NCBI GenBank assembly: GCA_951406725.2
Contig: OX597826.1
Span: 4,526,001-4,590,000 of the forward strand
DNA: 64,000 bases
Source: Octopus vulgaris
Lineage: Eukaryota
Reading direction: 5' to 3'
The notes beneath the pieces were generated by a model. That model saw nothing but the letters and a program-made list of their open reading frames with translations, did not search any database and was not told the origin of the DNA. Position 1 is the first letter of the stretch. Every line of letters begins with the position of its first letter. The position numbers were made by a program, and so were the translations under genes. This document shows, piece by piece, positions 1-14,529 of this stretch.

Positions 1-1292
1 TTTCTCAAATGGATGCAGAAACGAGAAGGATTGTTTTGGGTCCAAGCAGTAGAAACCAGTCAATTTTGTAGATGTGGATTCGAATCCCATGGGCAGTTGT
101 CGACATTTTCTATCTAGAGAATTTTTAAACATAATATTTACGCCTTATTATTATAATTTTATTAGCTTCGAGATTCACTACTCCAAAATAGAATTCATAT
201 ATACATGGTTTTAAAGTAGTGTCTCTTTCTACTGTTACTCTTCCAGATGGCAGAATTATTACAAGATGGCAGTATTACTTTCGATGAACATATACTTGTC
301 TCTAAATCTATCTAGCAATGTTCCTCTGTGTTTATATTTCTAGTTTTCGATCTAACTTTTATCCATTATTGTGTAAATACATTATAAATGTTCAGAATAA
401 AAGACAGCAAATATCACTGTGCAAAGAATTGTTATTATACACGAAGAAAGAATTATTTTATCATGATAATTATGTGTTCATACATTCCGCAATTGATACA
501 CAAACATGTGTGATGATATGCGCTGGGTGCCTCTATATGCATACGTTATCTGTGTGTGTGTGTGTATGTTTGCGTGTTTGTGCGGGTGTGTGTGTTTGCG
601 TGTGTGTGTTTGCGTGTGTGTGTGTGAGTTGTTTTATGTGTTTCTGTGTAAGTGTGCAGATATTCATAAACATAAATATTTATTTATACAAACAGGATGT
701 GTTGCAAATGAGACAGTGTTTAAATATTTGTTATACGAAAGTGGCAGACGCACGGGAGACATATTACAATGGCAGATTAAAAGATTCATATATACACGTA
801 CACAAATATGCACATATACTCTCATATATATTTACATCAACATCATCAGCCTTAGCATCATCATCACCATCATCATCATCATCATCATCATCACCATCAA
901 CAGCAATAACACCATCATGATCGCCTTCGTTGTGGTTTTTACATCCGCCATTTTTATCGGATGCTGGCATGGGTTGACGGAGACTTACTGAAGCATCATT
1001 TTACAGCTGGATGCTCTGTCCTGTTGCCGACTATTATCTATAAATTACATTAAAAAAGAACCTACTAATATGCAAACATTCTCACATACATGTACATACA
1101 TCCGTACATTCACACGCACCAACAAGATACTTTTGCATTGTGCGTACATCTCTGATATAAATTATATATATCACCCATGCTAGATAATCACTAAATATGT
1201 AAACCTATTATAAAAGACAATGCATCCATGACCATTCCAACTTTACTTCAGACAGTGTACCGCAGAATGTTATCAAATGTGTCCTGTTCTTC

Positions 1293-1425
1293 TTATTAGT
1301 ATCTCCACCCTAGCGAATGCGATGGTTTTGTTTTCAGTCGTGTTTGTTTGTTTGTCTTTGGACACGATATCTCAAGAACTGCTCGATGGATTCGGATAAA
1401 ACCTTCAGGGATGTTTGGTCTCGTT
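1293..1425 (+). mobile_element. Helentron/DINE-1-like non-autonomous element, left-end fragment
   Basis: TTATTA start, a degenerate subterminal hairpin, a (GTTT)n tract, then GATATCTCAAGAACT..GATGGATT..AAACCTTCAG. This layout resembles HINE/DINE-1-type ends (recognised from memory). Confidence 0.5.
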
Positions 1426-1435
1426 ACTGGCACGC

Positions 1436-1633
1436 GCTGCAAGACGCAGGAGGAAAGAGCGAGAGAAAGTTGTGGCGAAAGAGTCAGAAGAATTTCGCCA
1501 TTACCTTCTGCCGGAGCCGCGTGGAGCTTAGGTGTTTCGGTCATAAGCGCGCACATCGCCCGGTCTGAGATTCGAACCCGCGACCCCACGGCCGCGAGTC
1601 CGCTGCTCTAACCACTAGACCATGTGTCTCCAC
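1436..1633 (-). mobile_element. tRNA-derived SINE family A (head and middle only)
   Basis: Highly similar to 7518-7720 and to the reverse complement of 3597-3780. The minus strand has A-box-like TGGTCTAGTGGTTAGAGC and B-box GGTTCGAATCTC. Confidence 0.9.
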
Positions 1634-2401
1634 ATATATATGTGTGTGTGTGTATGTGTGTGTATCACATGTACACGAATATATGCCTATATGTGTGTGA
1701 GTGTGTATGTTTCGAGATATTCTGTATTCTTTGCTGTTATATTTATTTCTACATTCTTACTATCCAGTTTCTTCAAACCACTATTTAACTATACTCTCTA
1801 TCGAGAAGGTAGTTCTTACTAATTTCGACCCTAGACCAGCCATTTTCGTGAAAGCAAATTACGAGATCATGTCGAGTTCAGTATTTCATTTTATCAAACC
1901 CGTAATGTTGAAATACGGTTAAGCATTTTGTCAGATACTCTGCTAGTTCTGCCAGCCCGCCTCCTTCGTCGGCCAACTACTGAGTATTTTGATTATAAAT
2001 TGCACACTGCAAGAGTGTGCTTAGCGAAAATAGTCCAGACTAGCATCGAACCTACGACTGTTAGGTATGTCACGATCAGATAACCACTTGGCTAGACTAG
2101 CACGAATATGTTTCTAAGTAAAGTTCATTGAAGTGTTTGACTTGGTCATTTCGTTTCCTGGATTTGCTTCTGTAATCTTTGCTAATCTAAAAGATAATAT
2201 TGATCGTAGATTTATTAATGACTGTGTATTTGTGTGTGTTTGTGTGATGCGTTTGTGTTGCTTCGTATATGTGTATACGTGTGTAGTTTAGCATTCGGTA
2301 ATTGCACACATTTCTTTATATGAACATAATGGAGGTTTGCAATGTTGAATGAAGGCATTACGAATGGAGAAAGAGTAACTCACAAACACATATTTCTGCT
2401 T

Positions 2402-2481
<80 letters not shown>

Positions 2482-2648
2482 CCATACACACATACGCACA
2501 CACGCATAAATGTACGCACACACGCATAAATGTACGCACACACACATTACACACATACACACAAGCATACGTAGGCATACAAACATTAGCGTATGTGTTC
2601 ATGCATATCTCCTTTTCCATGCATGTAGACATAGACAAACATACGCTC

Positions 2649-2687
<39 letters not shown>

Positions 2688-3596
2688 TACATACATACAT
2701 ACATACATACATACATACATACATACATACATACAGATATATAAATATTAACACACGCTATCGTGCTTGTCCGTCCTGCACGTATGCAGACATTCATAAA
2801 CACTCATTAACACGCACACACACACAGCCATACGAGAATTAACATACGTAATCACGCATGTCCGCGCACCTTGCACGTATGTAGACGTACGTAAACGCAC
2901 ACATCGACACAGCAACAAACACGCATGCGCAGATACACCCACGTGCGCTCACACGTAGACATACAAACATTAACACACGTGATTTCGCATGTTCTTCTCG
3001 CACGTATATTGACATGCATAATAAACACATTGACACGCACAAACACCCGTAAGAGTGCGTGTCTCCCTTACACACTTATACACATCAGCAGACACACTGA
3101 CACGCGAACACAGATACGCACGCTTACAAACATTAACACGTGGTCACGCATTCCCCTCTTGCAGACATACATAAACACATACACACACTTACAGAATGGC
3201 TTAGGTTCACATATACACATCCACGCTCACATATCTTAAAGTCGTTAGTGTATACCAATATATAGAGAGGCTACAGATCAAAACGTTTATGATTTAAAGA
3301 AAGCTGATGAAATAAGCTGGGAATGCGGGGTCCCTAAACAAACGAAATACAAATGTTGACGTTGTTATTGTTGATCCTGCCCAATCATGTTATGGCCGTT
3401 AAATTTTCTTAGCCACAGAACAGCCTTTGACTGAGATGACCTATGGTCAAACATGTTCTAACTGTGATCATTTAGGAGAGTATTGTAGTTCGCTTGAAGC
3501 ATTGCGTATTGTTAGTAAAGAATAAAATGTTTTTAATGGTACGACAATGCAGTTTTAACGTTAAGGTGTAGATATAATCGCAGCAATTGTAGTTGT

Positions 3597-3907
3597 GTGG
3601 AGGCGCAATGGCCCAGTGGTTAGGGCAGCTGGACTCGCGGTCGGAGTATCGCGGTGTCGATTCCCAGACCGGGCGTTGTGTGTGTTTATTGAGCGAAAAC
3701 ACCTAAAAGCTCCACGAGGCTCCGGCAGGAGGCGACCCCTGTCGTACTCTTTCGCCCAAACTTTCTCTCACTCTTCCTGTTTCTTGAGTAAAGCTGCGAT
3801 GGACTGGCGTCCCTTCCAGCTGGGGGAAACACATACGCCACAGAAACTGGGAAAGCGGGCCCATGAGCCTGGCTAGGCTTGAAAAGAGAGACGTCTATCG
3901 TTACGTT
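3597..3907 (+). mobile_element. tRNA-derived SINE family A, full length
   Basis: Head GTGGAGGCGCAATGGCCCAGTGGTTAGGGCAGC with a B-box-like GTGTCGATTCCC. Flanked by the 12-bp direct repeat AATTGTAGTTGT (3585-3596 and 3908-3919), consistent with a TSD. Confidence 0.92.
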
Positions 3908-4899
3908 AATTGTAGTTGTAGTAATAGTCGTTTAATAAAAGCTCAGTCTTGATCCAATATAGCGATAATGAAAAGTATTCTAGCCATGATCCACCATGAA
4001 ATCTAGAATATATCTTCAATGTTTCGCTTTCCTAAGAGTGGTCTATTATTTCGAGAACATTTAGTTGTTATTTCCTCCCGGTCAAGCGACTGCGTTCAGA
4101 CACCTTCTAATACTTAAGGTATAGGTATTCAAAAGGTGTATGAAGACTAGGCGGAGGGTGATTGAACAAAAACAAAGGATCGGGAGGTGAAGAAAATGGC
4201 GGATAATATGAGATTGGTTGCTTATAAGGTTTATGAGGCGAAATGATGAGTTCCGTCCCTTGATTTACACCGAAGCCATCTCTTGGATATAGATTTTGAT
4301 TGAGTAATTCATTCATTATTGACTGCAGTATCTTGGCAACGTACTTATATACAAACATATCTAATATACCTTATAATCCGGTATATACGGTGGAGAGAGA
4401 TTTGGCTGTTATTTCTCGCATATCGAGGGAATGAATTAGACCCTTGTTTAAGCTCAAACTTGGAGATATAAAAAGTATCAGCAATTACATGTCGGAAAAC
4501 AGCTCAGCTCCAAAATCGGAAGAAATAAATGATAAATATGGAGCTATGATGTGCGTATGTGTGTGTGCGTTACTTAACTAGATACATTTGAGAATGTTTC
4601 AAACTTTGGAAGGTTTCATCGGTCAAATTGTTGTCATTGAAGACCCAGACACAGCATGCATCACATATGGTTCGAAGTACTGTTGTAATTATACGCTTTG
4701 TGATGTTCACTTGTTCGGGAATATAGCTTGTAGCGGTTTAAAGAAACTGGACAGTAAGAATGTAGAAAAAAAATACAACAGCAAGGAAGGACACATACAG
4801 AAACATCTAGAAACATACACGCTCACGCGCGTATATGCATTTATTTGTGTAAATGTTTTATATATATATTTCAACATACACGAATATTAATGTGTAGAT

Positions 4900-5330
4900 C
4901 ATTGCGTGAATACTTATATGTGTATGTACATTCGTATGTACATTTGTATGAATATATACATTTATATGTGTGTGTGTATATATATGTGTGTGTATGTATG
5001 TATATGCATGTATATATGTATATAAGTATATATATGCTTGTATGTATATAATATATATATACATGCATGTATGTATATAATATTTATACAAGCTTGTATG
5101 TATACAATATATACATGCATGTATGTATATAATATATATATATATATACATGCTTGTATGTATACAATATATATATATATGCATGTATGTATATAATATA
5201 TATACATGCATGTGTGTATATATATATATATATATATACATACATGCATATAGGTATATATGTGTGTATGCGTGTATACGTATGTATATATGTTTGTGTA
5301 TATATGTGTGTATGCGTATGTACGTGTGAA
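4900..5330. repeat. (TA)/(TG)-derived compound microsatellite with a higher-order unit (TACATGC(T/A)TGTATGTATA...)
   Basis: Direct inspection; the unit recurs several times between 5030 and 5220. Confidence 0.85.
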
Positions 5331-5446
5331 GTAATGTTTGTACGTATAAATACTTATACACGAATGCTAAAATAAATCTTCCTGAAAGCATATTGTGTGT
5401 GTCAGTGAGCGCACGTGTGTGTATAAATATATTTATACATACCCAA

Positions 5447-5486
<40 letters not shown>

Positions 5487-6189
5487 GTATATATTTATAT
5501 ATGAAATGGTGAGTAAGATGATAGAATGGATGGACATTGCTGTGGGGGAGGGAGATGCAGTTGTTATTGTACTGGTAGTGACAGAGTGGTCGTGGGTTTT
5601 ATTAATGCTGGTGAAGGCTTAGGAGGTAGTGGTGTTGGTGCTGGTCTGGTGGGGTTATGGCTTTTTGTGGTGTAGTGTGGAATGAAGTAGAGATGGCGTT
5701 GGTAGCGGAGGTGATGGACGAGACATATGCAACGTCAGTCGATTAGTATGGAAGGTTTGAAGGACTCTGCGGTAGTGTTTGGAAGGGATAGGAGTCTTGC
5801 AGGGTGGCAAATTGAGTCGGGCGGTCATCCGTATTGAGAGAGCGATAAGCGAAGTTTGGCCCTGAAAGCAGTAATTCATGTGTGAGGTGTTTGTTGGAAA
5901 GGTGCAGTGAATGATGAATCGTTTTGCGATGGGTGAGGCGAACTAATAGACTAACAAGATGCTATGACAGTTTCTCTCTTCGTTAAAACCCATTTGCCCT
6001 ATGGGCAACTGCTGGTTCTTGACAATTTGCATCCTTATCTTTTACACGATGCCACAGCGATGCCTCCACACTGCCAACACCATGCTACTGTCATGTTTTG
6101 TGCACTAATATTTTACGGGCTTTTCATACGTATACTTAGAGCTTTTATTATGTACGTATGTAAGGGTGTGTGTGTGTGTATGAATATAT

Positions 6190-6236
6190 GAATGAATATG
6201 CATATATATGTACATATTTATATAAATATAAACAGC

Positions 6237-6318
<82 letters not shown>

Positions 6319-6620
6319 GTATATATATAGGTATATATATATATACACACAGACATATATATATATATATGCACCTAAATAATATACTTTGTTAAACGTA
6401 ATGTATACTATATATGAGTGTTTGCATTTGCATGAATATACATATATGTATGTATATATGTATGTATATATATATACACACACACATACACTTGTATGCA
6501 TAATATCGTTCCCTATATTTGTGGAATGGAAAATACACGTACAAAATGTGTGTACATGTGTGAATATATATGTGTATGTATATATATATATGTGTGTGTA
6601 AATATATAAGTGTGTGTGTG
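6190..6620. repeat. (TA)n-rich compound microsatellite
   Basis: Direct inspection. Confidence 0.9.
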
Positions 6621-7413
6621 TGCATGTATACATATATAAAAAAGCATACATTCGTTCATACGTACATGCACACATGTATGCATTTACAAACATATTCAAA
6701 TTACATTCATGTACTAAATGATTTGTTGCAGATAAATTTTCGTTTTTATTCTTTTATTTTACATTTGTTTTCGCAGATGATTTTTTTTCCTTTTTTCTCC
6801 TTTTTTTTTTCCACTTCTTTTACACATATCTTCGGAAATATTTTATATGTTAATATCAGCCATTTCTAATTCCAATTTGATAACTCTATTGAAAATAGCT
6901 ATTTTTGCAACAGTAGTAGTAGTAGTTGTTGTTGTTGTTGTTGTTGTTGTTGCTTTCATTTTCTCTTTTTTTTTATTGTTCATGATGACTACCTATCATG
7001 TAGTTTGCGATTTATATTAAAAAAGACTAAAAAAAAAAAAGAAGAAAGAATGAAAAGAAATGATAATGATGATGGTATATGAAAGGGGAAAAAATGGCGT
7101 AAATTGTATAGAAGCAATGGAAAGGAAAGAAACGGTGCGAATGAGTGAGAGAAATAGGAAGGGATTGTGGGGGAGAGTGAGAGTATGATATGTATGTTGA
7201 AATGTAGTTTTGTTCTTGTTGACAAAGAGATAAGACATAGTTGTTGTGATAATTAAAGCATCTCTCACAAGAAGAAATGGATGTATGTGTGTACGTGTAT
7301 GAGCTGATATAATCTACCCTGGGATTAGATCCTGGTTCTTTCAATTATATGCGAATGTGCATTTATTCATACGTCCATACGTGTGTGTATGTATATATAT
7401 ATATATATATATA

Positions 7414-7720
7414 TTGTTTGTTCCTTCTCGAGCCATGCCTGGCTCATAAGGGCTGGTTTCCCGGTTTCATTGGCGTATAGGTTCCCCACCAGGACGGCAC
7501 GCCGGTCCGTCGCAGGTGAGCTGCAAGATGTAGGAGGAAAGAGTGAGAGAAAGTTGTGGTGAAAGAGTCAGCAGAATGTTCGCCATTACTTTCTGCCGGA
7601 GCCGCGTGGAGCTTAGGTGTTTCGCTCATTAACAGACACACATCACCCGGTCTGAGATTCGAACCCGCGATCCATCGACCACGAGTCCGCTGCTTTAACC
7701 ACTAGGCCATGTGCCTCCAC
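7414..7720 (-). mobile_element. tRNA-derived SINE family A, full length
   Basis: The minus strand begins GTGGAGGCACATGGCCTAGTGGTTAAAGCAGCGGAC with B-box GGTTCGAATCTC. The tail ...GAAACCGGGAAACCAGCCCTTATGAGCC is related to 3841-3870. Confidence 0.92.
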
Positions 7721-7729
7721 TGTGCACAC

Positions 7730-7764
<35 letters not shown>

Positions 7765-8199
7765 TACAAAACTCATACCTGAATGCAGATAGGTGGTAGG
7801 TGTATGTGAGAGTGTTTGCCTGATCGTTGGGTTTTAAAGACACGTCTCGGACATTCTTGCAATGTAGTTATAAAATACATGATACACATAAAACTAACTA
7901 CAACAGTTTTCGTGTTGGAATTTTGGAGTTTTTATGAATATCCACTCGGGTACAAACCTGCACACAGAAACATATGTGTCTACTGTTATATTTTTTTTAA
8001 AATATTATGTTTGGTTGCACTTGAGCAAATTTCCAATTTGAAGAGTCACACTTAGGTATTTGCTCCAGGCGAGCTTTGATTGGTTGATCAAAGACACACC
8101 AACTTTGACCACCAATGTTTATGAGAATCTAAAATTATTTAATGTGTCATTTTCCTATCCTTTTATGCAGTATGTTTTTCAGTCTGAGGGATATTTTGT

Positions 8200-8560
8200 T
8201 GTTGTTTCTAACTAATCTAGCGACCTCATGCAAGCAAGTTCAGTTAGCGATGTCATCTATCTCATATTCGCATCATTATTACGTAATGACCAAGACTCAA
8301 TTACCGCTGAAATGGCCCAATTCCTTTAACTGTTAAAAGATCGCATATGTGGATAAGACTGTGCTGTAGTTATGTAGGTTATCACTGATGCTGCATATAT
8401 TTCCTCACTTGTTCTATAGTTTCTATTTACATTGCCGAGACACTTAACAAATACCGAATTAACTCTTATAGTAAGTTGGCAGCTAAGGAAGCTTTATCTT
8501 TACTGCACTAAAAATGCTGTTGAAATATTGTGCTTTTTTCCTTTGCCGAGGTATACTTCA
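8200..8560 (-). mobile_element. Possible highly decayed CR1-like LINE ORF2 fragment
   Basis: Minus-strand peptides KKAQYFNSIF, QLKELGHFSGN and ANMR*MTSLTELACM loosely recall the KAELFNSYF / FPSDWK / NYRPISLTSIACK motifs, in the right order. Many stops and frameshifts. Confidence 0.3.
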
Positions 8561-10420
8561 AGCGTCCTTGAATATTCATGAAAGGGGCAAAGACTCCTAC
8601 ATAAAAATGGTCTTAGCTTTATGCATTCATTTTACAACTGCTCTGCGACAGTGTCCAAGTGATGTCTGTAAATTACTGGTATATAAGTTACTGAAAATCT
8701 TATTAACTTATACACTGCTCACAATTCCTGTATTTTCAAAATTAAAACAACACCCCAGTTAAAGAGAGAACACTTACTACGTTATTCACCCTACTAGGGA
8801 TATGTTTCAAATGTAGAAATCTCATCTAAAAATCCAATGAAAAGTCTTGGGTTTTCATGTAGCCGATAAATTTCATCTTAGTTCGACCAGAGCTGAACTG
8901 AGGTTAAACAAAATCAATATATTTAAACTAGAAAACTCTATTGAAATATGCTGTATAATAAAATAACATCCAAATCTCTCTCGCATTCAAATCATACCGC
9001 AATGGTTCTCTTACAGATGCCCCGATGCATTGCTGTACGCCAAGAGTGGTGGGCCTGGCTAGAAACCTCCGCTGATTTTTAAACTATAATTTAATGATTT
9101 TAGGATAATTCCTATTAACGTTTGAACGTTTGGAACAAAGTATTATTCGTTATTTTGTTATACAGAAGTACGAATAATAGAACATGTTAAGCAATACATA
9201 CGCTATGATAAATATTGTCTTCTGTTGTAGTTTTTTTTCTATTAATTTCATTGAGAAGAATTTGAAGAAGTTTCTATAGCTCGTTTTGCATTGTTTTATC
9301 ATGTTTTCAGTGTAATGTAAGATCCTGTCCCCTATTTAAGTAACGGTGACTAAATCCTGAAGAATTGTAATTCATACACTTACAGGCTTTAACTAAGAAG
9401 AAAATATTAACGGATTAGATTTCGTTTGGTTGTTGTCAGCATACCCAGCTTTTACGGAGTAACTATACTTATTGGATCTATCAGTTAGTACTCTCTTTCA
9501 ACTCACATCTTATTTTCTCAACAAAGTTTATAACATTAGAATTAGCACTCAGATATACTTAGTATGGCAAGATAACACGTTTGCGACTGAGAAACGTGTC
9601 GACAAAGGTCCGCTCAGTCAGGTTTTGGAGAATGAAACAAAGAATTAGATCAAGATTCACTTCGTATTTAGAGCATGAAGTAGGCAATACATATATGCAA
9701 ACACATTAACACTATCACACACACACAGGCACACACAGATATGGGATAAATATAAATATGTTTCATGTGATAATGACTTCCTCAGCATACGTAATGAGGT
9801 AACCGATGTTGTGGCGTGTTCTCTATTCGTTAGTAATATCTATATTGGGTAACTTACCTTACACTGTAGCAATGCAAATATACAACTATACATAATATCG
9901 GGCAAATATTCGGCCACGTGATCCACTTTGATCAATGGCGGACGGAGTATTGAGTGCAACACAGTCACGCCTTTATTCAGTATATATTATCTGATCGCCG
10001 CTACGGATTTTTACATCAAAATGAAACTTAGAGTAGCGAAGGAGTGACTCATATTATAAAACCTACACTGTTTACTGAGTCGTGTTGAAATACTCTTAAT
10101 AGCTATTTAAGTAACAGTGGACACACAGGTAAAATCCAAGGCCGAACATCTCCGATATTTGAACTTGGTACTTCGAATTAATTGATTAATTAATTAATTA
10201 ATTAACCGTCGAGGTAGGAAAGTTATTCAAACAATAGAATCCTAGAAGCCGTCTCCCATAAACAAAACAAATATACATTTGCACTCAAACGACCATGTGT
10301 ACATGATTAAAAATGCACACAAAAGCAACTGATGCTTATATGCAGAACATATATATGTATAGAATATATATAAAAAAAAGTATGAAATACATTTTCAGCA
10401 GCCACAGCAGAAATAACATC

Positions 10421-10468
10421 AAAATAATAATAATAATAATAATGATAATAATAATAATAATCATAATG

Positions 10469-10502
<34 letters not shown>

Positions 10503-10508
10503 TAATAA
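10421..10508. repeat. (AAT)n microsatellite
   Basis: Direct inspection. Confidence 0.95.
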
Positions 10509-10689
10509 CGAGGACAGAAATAAAACAGGCGGAGAGCAGCAGTATAACAGTAGATCGTGTGTGACAAAGTGTAGCGTGAAAAATACAGACAGAAACGTGT
10601 CTGAATACATACACTACATACAAACATATGCACACAAACGTATACACACGCACACACACACACACACACTCACACACACACACACACAC

Positions 10690-11046
10690 ACACGGAGTCT
10701 CTCCACAGTATTTTATTGCAAAATAGATATTTATAAGATGGTATAAGACTAGAAAAAGAATATATTAGACTTTAGAAGACTTTTAAAAAAACTTTGTAAG
10801 AGGTGCTGAAAGTGTCGTCCTTCATTTTCCACACATAAGTTGCATCTTCTATGCATGTTTCGAAATACATCTTGGAGAGTCTGTGGCCGTTATGGACCGT
10901 GTGTAGATTATGATCGCGTCAATTTTCGGGCGATTCTTGTACACTGACCCTTTTTTGGCTGGCGGTGTTAAATCAGGTGGCCAAAGACCCTTCGAAATAA
11001 TCTGTTCATTGAAAAATTCACCGCAGAGAGACTTTTTGAACACCCT
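10690..11046 (-). mobile_element. Internally deleted Tc1/mariner-superfamily DNA transposon (WPPRSPDL-type transposase C-terminus)
   Basis: The minus strand reads EFFNEQIISKGLWPPDLTPP..KGSVYKNRPKID and, in another frame, LQDVFRNMHRRCNLCVENEGRHFQHLL. The terminus CAGGGTGTTCAAAAAGTCTCTC is at 11046, with a degenerate partner AGTCTCTC near 10696. Confidence 0.8.
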
Positions 11047-11071
11047 GTGTGTGTGTGTGTGTGTGTGTGTA

Positions 11072-11350
11072 TTTTACTCTTTTACTTGTTTCAGTCATGT
11101 GATTGTAGCCATGCTGGAGCACCGGCTTTGGTCGAGCAACTCGACCCCAGGACTTATTCTTTGTAAGTCTAGTACTTATTCTATCGGTCTCTTTTGCCGA
11201 ACCGCTAAGTTACGGGCACGTAAACACACCAACATCGGTTGTCAAGCGATGTTGGGAGGACAAACACAGACACACAAATATACACACACATACATGCATA
11301 TATAGATATAAACATATATACGACGGGCTTCTTTCGGTTTCCATTACCAA
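11072..11350 (-). mobile_element. SINE family B, tail and body (head missing or decayed)
   Basis: Near-identical to 25905-26170 and 47311-47590. Confidence 0.9.
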
Positions 11351-12205
11351 GCTTTCTACCAAGCTTCATCAAAAAATTATTGGTCAAGACGAAGCTTTAA
11401 CATGCAAATAAACACAGAACCTTCCCATTGTGGAATGGATTTCTTATCCATTCAGCAATTTCTGTTTAAATACCTACCAACCAACATACATGCATACATA
11501 CACGCACATATATGTATGTATGTGTAGATTTGTACTACATAAATATATATAAGTATGTATTTATGTATATGAGTATGTATACATGCATATAAATATGTAT
11601 TTGAATATGTGTATGCATATAAATATGTATATGTATATGAGTATGTATAAATGTATATAAATATGTATGTGAATATGTGTATGTATATAACTATATATAC
11701 ATATATATATAAAGAGAGATAGATAAATAGATATACTTCTAGCTGTCATGTAACAGTAACCCAACGCCGCAAAATACGTATCTAATAATACTAAGAGAGC
11801 ATAGAAAACCATCACTAAACAACAACACCACCAATACAAACACACGACGACAGTAAAACCAACGAAAACAAAAAAAGAACCTACTCAGACACCATCGATA
11901 CCACTCAGGATCCTCACCAGCACCACCACTACCAACCCGTCGACCTGTTACCCACACCCTTTCTTTTATTTATTTATATATTCACATTTTTTTTCTTGAT
12001 TTTGTTGTTGTTGTTGTTGTTGCTGGCAATTTTTTTCTTGTTATATAGATTTATTGATAAGGACTGGACGTAGGAGTTAATGAGGCTTGAGTTGAAGAGT
12101 TGAAAATGATAGCGATCAGCAATCCCAAGAACCGAAAGCCTATTATAAAAGTTCACGTAGACCTTTGGTGCAAAATATTCAACTAAATATTCAGTTCGAC
12201 CCTTT

Positions 12206-12207
<2 letters not shown>

Positions 12208-12260
<53 letters not shown>

Positions 12261-12270
12261 TAAATAATAT
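12208..12270. repeat. (AAT)n microsatellite
   Basis: Direct inspection. Confidence 0.95.
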
Positions 12271-12458
12271 TGATAGTTCTACTATTCCTACAGGAAACGA
12301 AACTTTGCAGCCATATTCACTGTTCGTCTGTATGTGTGTATATGTAGCTGTATATATTTAAGCCTTTATTTATTTAATAGGTCTATATATTTGTTTACGT
12401 ATTGATCTTTCCGCTTATCAATTGGTTTATCTATTAATGTTGTATTAGATGCACATGA

Positions 12459-12742
<284 letters not shown>

Positions 12743-13350
12743 TGCTATATTTGTTTATATTGATGTATGTGTTTATAAATACATGTACACACTTAGGATA
12801 CATATTAGTAGGGCGCAGTTACATATATTTTTGTATTTTAAAGTCTTGTATATGTGGATGTGTGCCTCAGTGTGTAGGTGTGTGTCTGTGTTTGGTGATT
12901 ATATGTATTTTCTGTATACGTATTCAATGGTGTCCTTATGTGTATGCATGCGTACTTGTGATTCGACTTCTATACGTGTGTAATGTGGCATTGAAGATAA
13001 CTAAACGATAACCACATTTAGACGGGTATGTGTGTGTGTGTGTGTGTTAAGTTAATAGTAACTAATATTAAAATCTACTTTTTCATCCTCTGTCAAAGCT
13101 GTGCCGATTCTTTGAATATATAGATATATACACACATATATATACAATTCTTCATGTACTTAATATACATTTCTGGTTTCACTCAAGATTTTACCAGGCC
13201 AACCTTAATTGGTCACCTCTTTAAAGTGTATGAGTTGATGGGGGCTATCACGATCAGTATGTACATCTGTAGTCGTGTTAACTCACAGCTAATTTGTTTC
13301 AGGGACGCCATATGGCATACAGTTTTTCTTAAAGAGTGTTTATTATATAC

Positions 13351-13384
<34 letters not shown>

Positions 13385-14498
13385 ATATTATCTTTTAATC
13401 TTGAGGTTGTAAGTAGTCGTGAACACTTGCTTTTCTTGAAGGATGGGATTGTAGGAGGGGCGAAATGTAAAGAAAGGTAACGAGTTGTTAAAATAGGATA
13501 AATAACTGTAAGAATTTCTGTACCGAAAATGCAATAAATTGCTTTTCTTAATCTTACCCATATTTTGTGATATGTTTTACTATTGTTGTCGTGCGTTTCT
13601 TCTCGCTCTTCCGTTTTTGTTTTTTGCTTTTTTTCCACCCTTTTCAATCTTTCTTTGCGAAAGAGAAACATCTCTGAAAAGGCAGAGACATGAATTTCGA
13701 CAACAAACACGAATAATGTTGTAGTAAATAAAATGCAAGATAAATTCTTGATTTATTAAATATTTGTTCTTACTTTGAATTTGAGAAACGGTAAGCGAAC
13801 ACCTGGTAGCAATGGCGACCAACTCTGAATCAGAAGGGGAGATAATCTCAAGAATCAACAATACTCTTGAAGTGATATTTCATTAAAAAAAAGACGTTTG
13901 TTTTCTGGAAACTTGAGATCGGCAGTAGACGCGTGTTTCTGTCTCAACAGGCGTCATCTGCACAGAAGTTTTCCTACCTTGAGTCCAGACAGACGATAAT
14001 TCTTAAATAAGGAGCAAAAATTATTTACAGCTTAGGGTAATTTATATAACCACAAGAAATATATACATAGTTTACATTATCTTTATTACTGGCGCTCAAA
14101 ATCTTTGGGGTGCCACTTTAGACACTCTGGCAGTCAGCAATTGCCACTGATACTTTATTTCACATAGAATGCCCGTGGTGTTAATATCTGTTCAGTTCTT
14201 AATGGTTCTTGACCTTTGAGCGAGATTTGAACTCGAGCAAGATTGGAACAAACTTATTGGTCCACGCATAACAGAACTGATTGGGGTGTACTTTTAACGG
14301 CTTCCATGTAGGTTTAGCTGTAAAGTAGATGGTTTTTTCTTCACTGTTGGAACGTGTAAACAGGAAATTCGCTAAATCTCTGTTGCAATTTTAATAGCAA
14401 AGAAGTATTTATGTTGACATATTATATGTAGTCAGAAAATAAATTAAAGAATAAAACACACACACACACACAGCACACCACACCACACACACACACAT

Positions 14499-14529
<31 letters not shown>

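Noticed and set aside
3597-3675. tRNA genes at SINE heads (also 7640-7720 and 35160-35235)
   Set aside because: A and B boxes are present, but they continue into shared SINE bodies and do not close a proper cloverleaf.
5655-5930. Possible retroelement ORF remnant on the minus strand
   Set aside because: No diagnostic motif that I can support.
13922-13960. Imperfect hairpin GCAGTAGACGCGTGTT...AACAGGCGTCATCTGC
   Set aside because: About 40 nt, too short for a pre-miRNA and plausible by chance.
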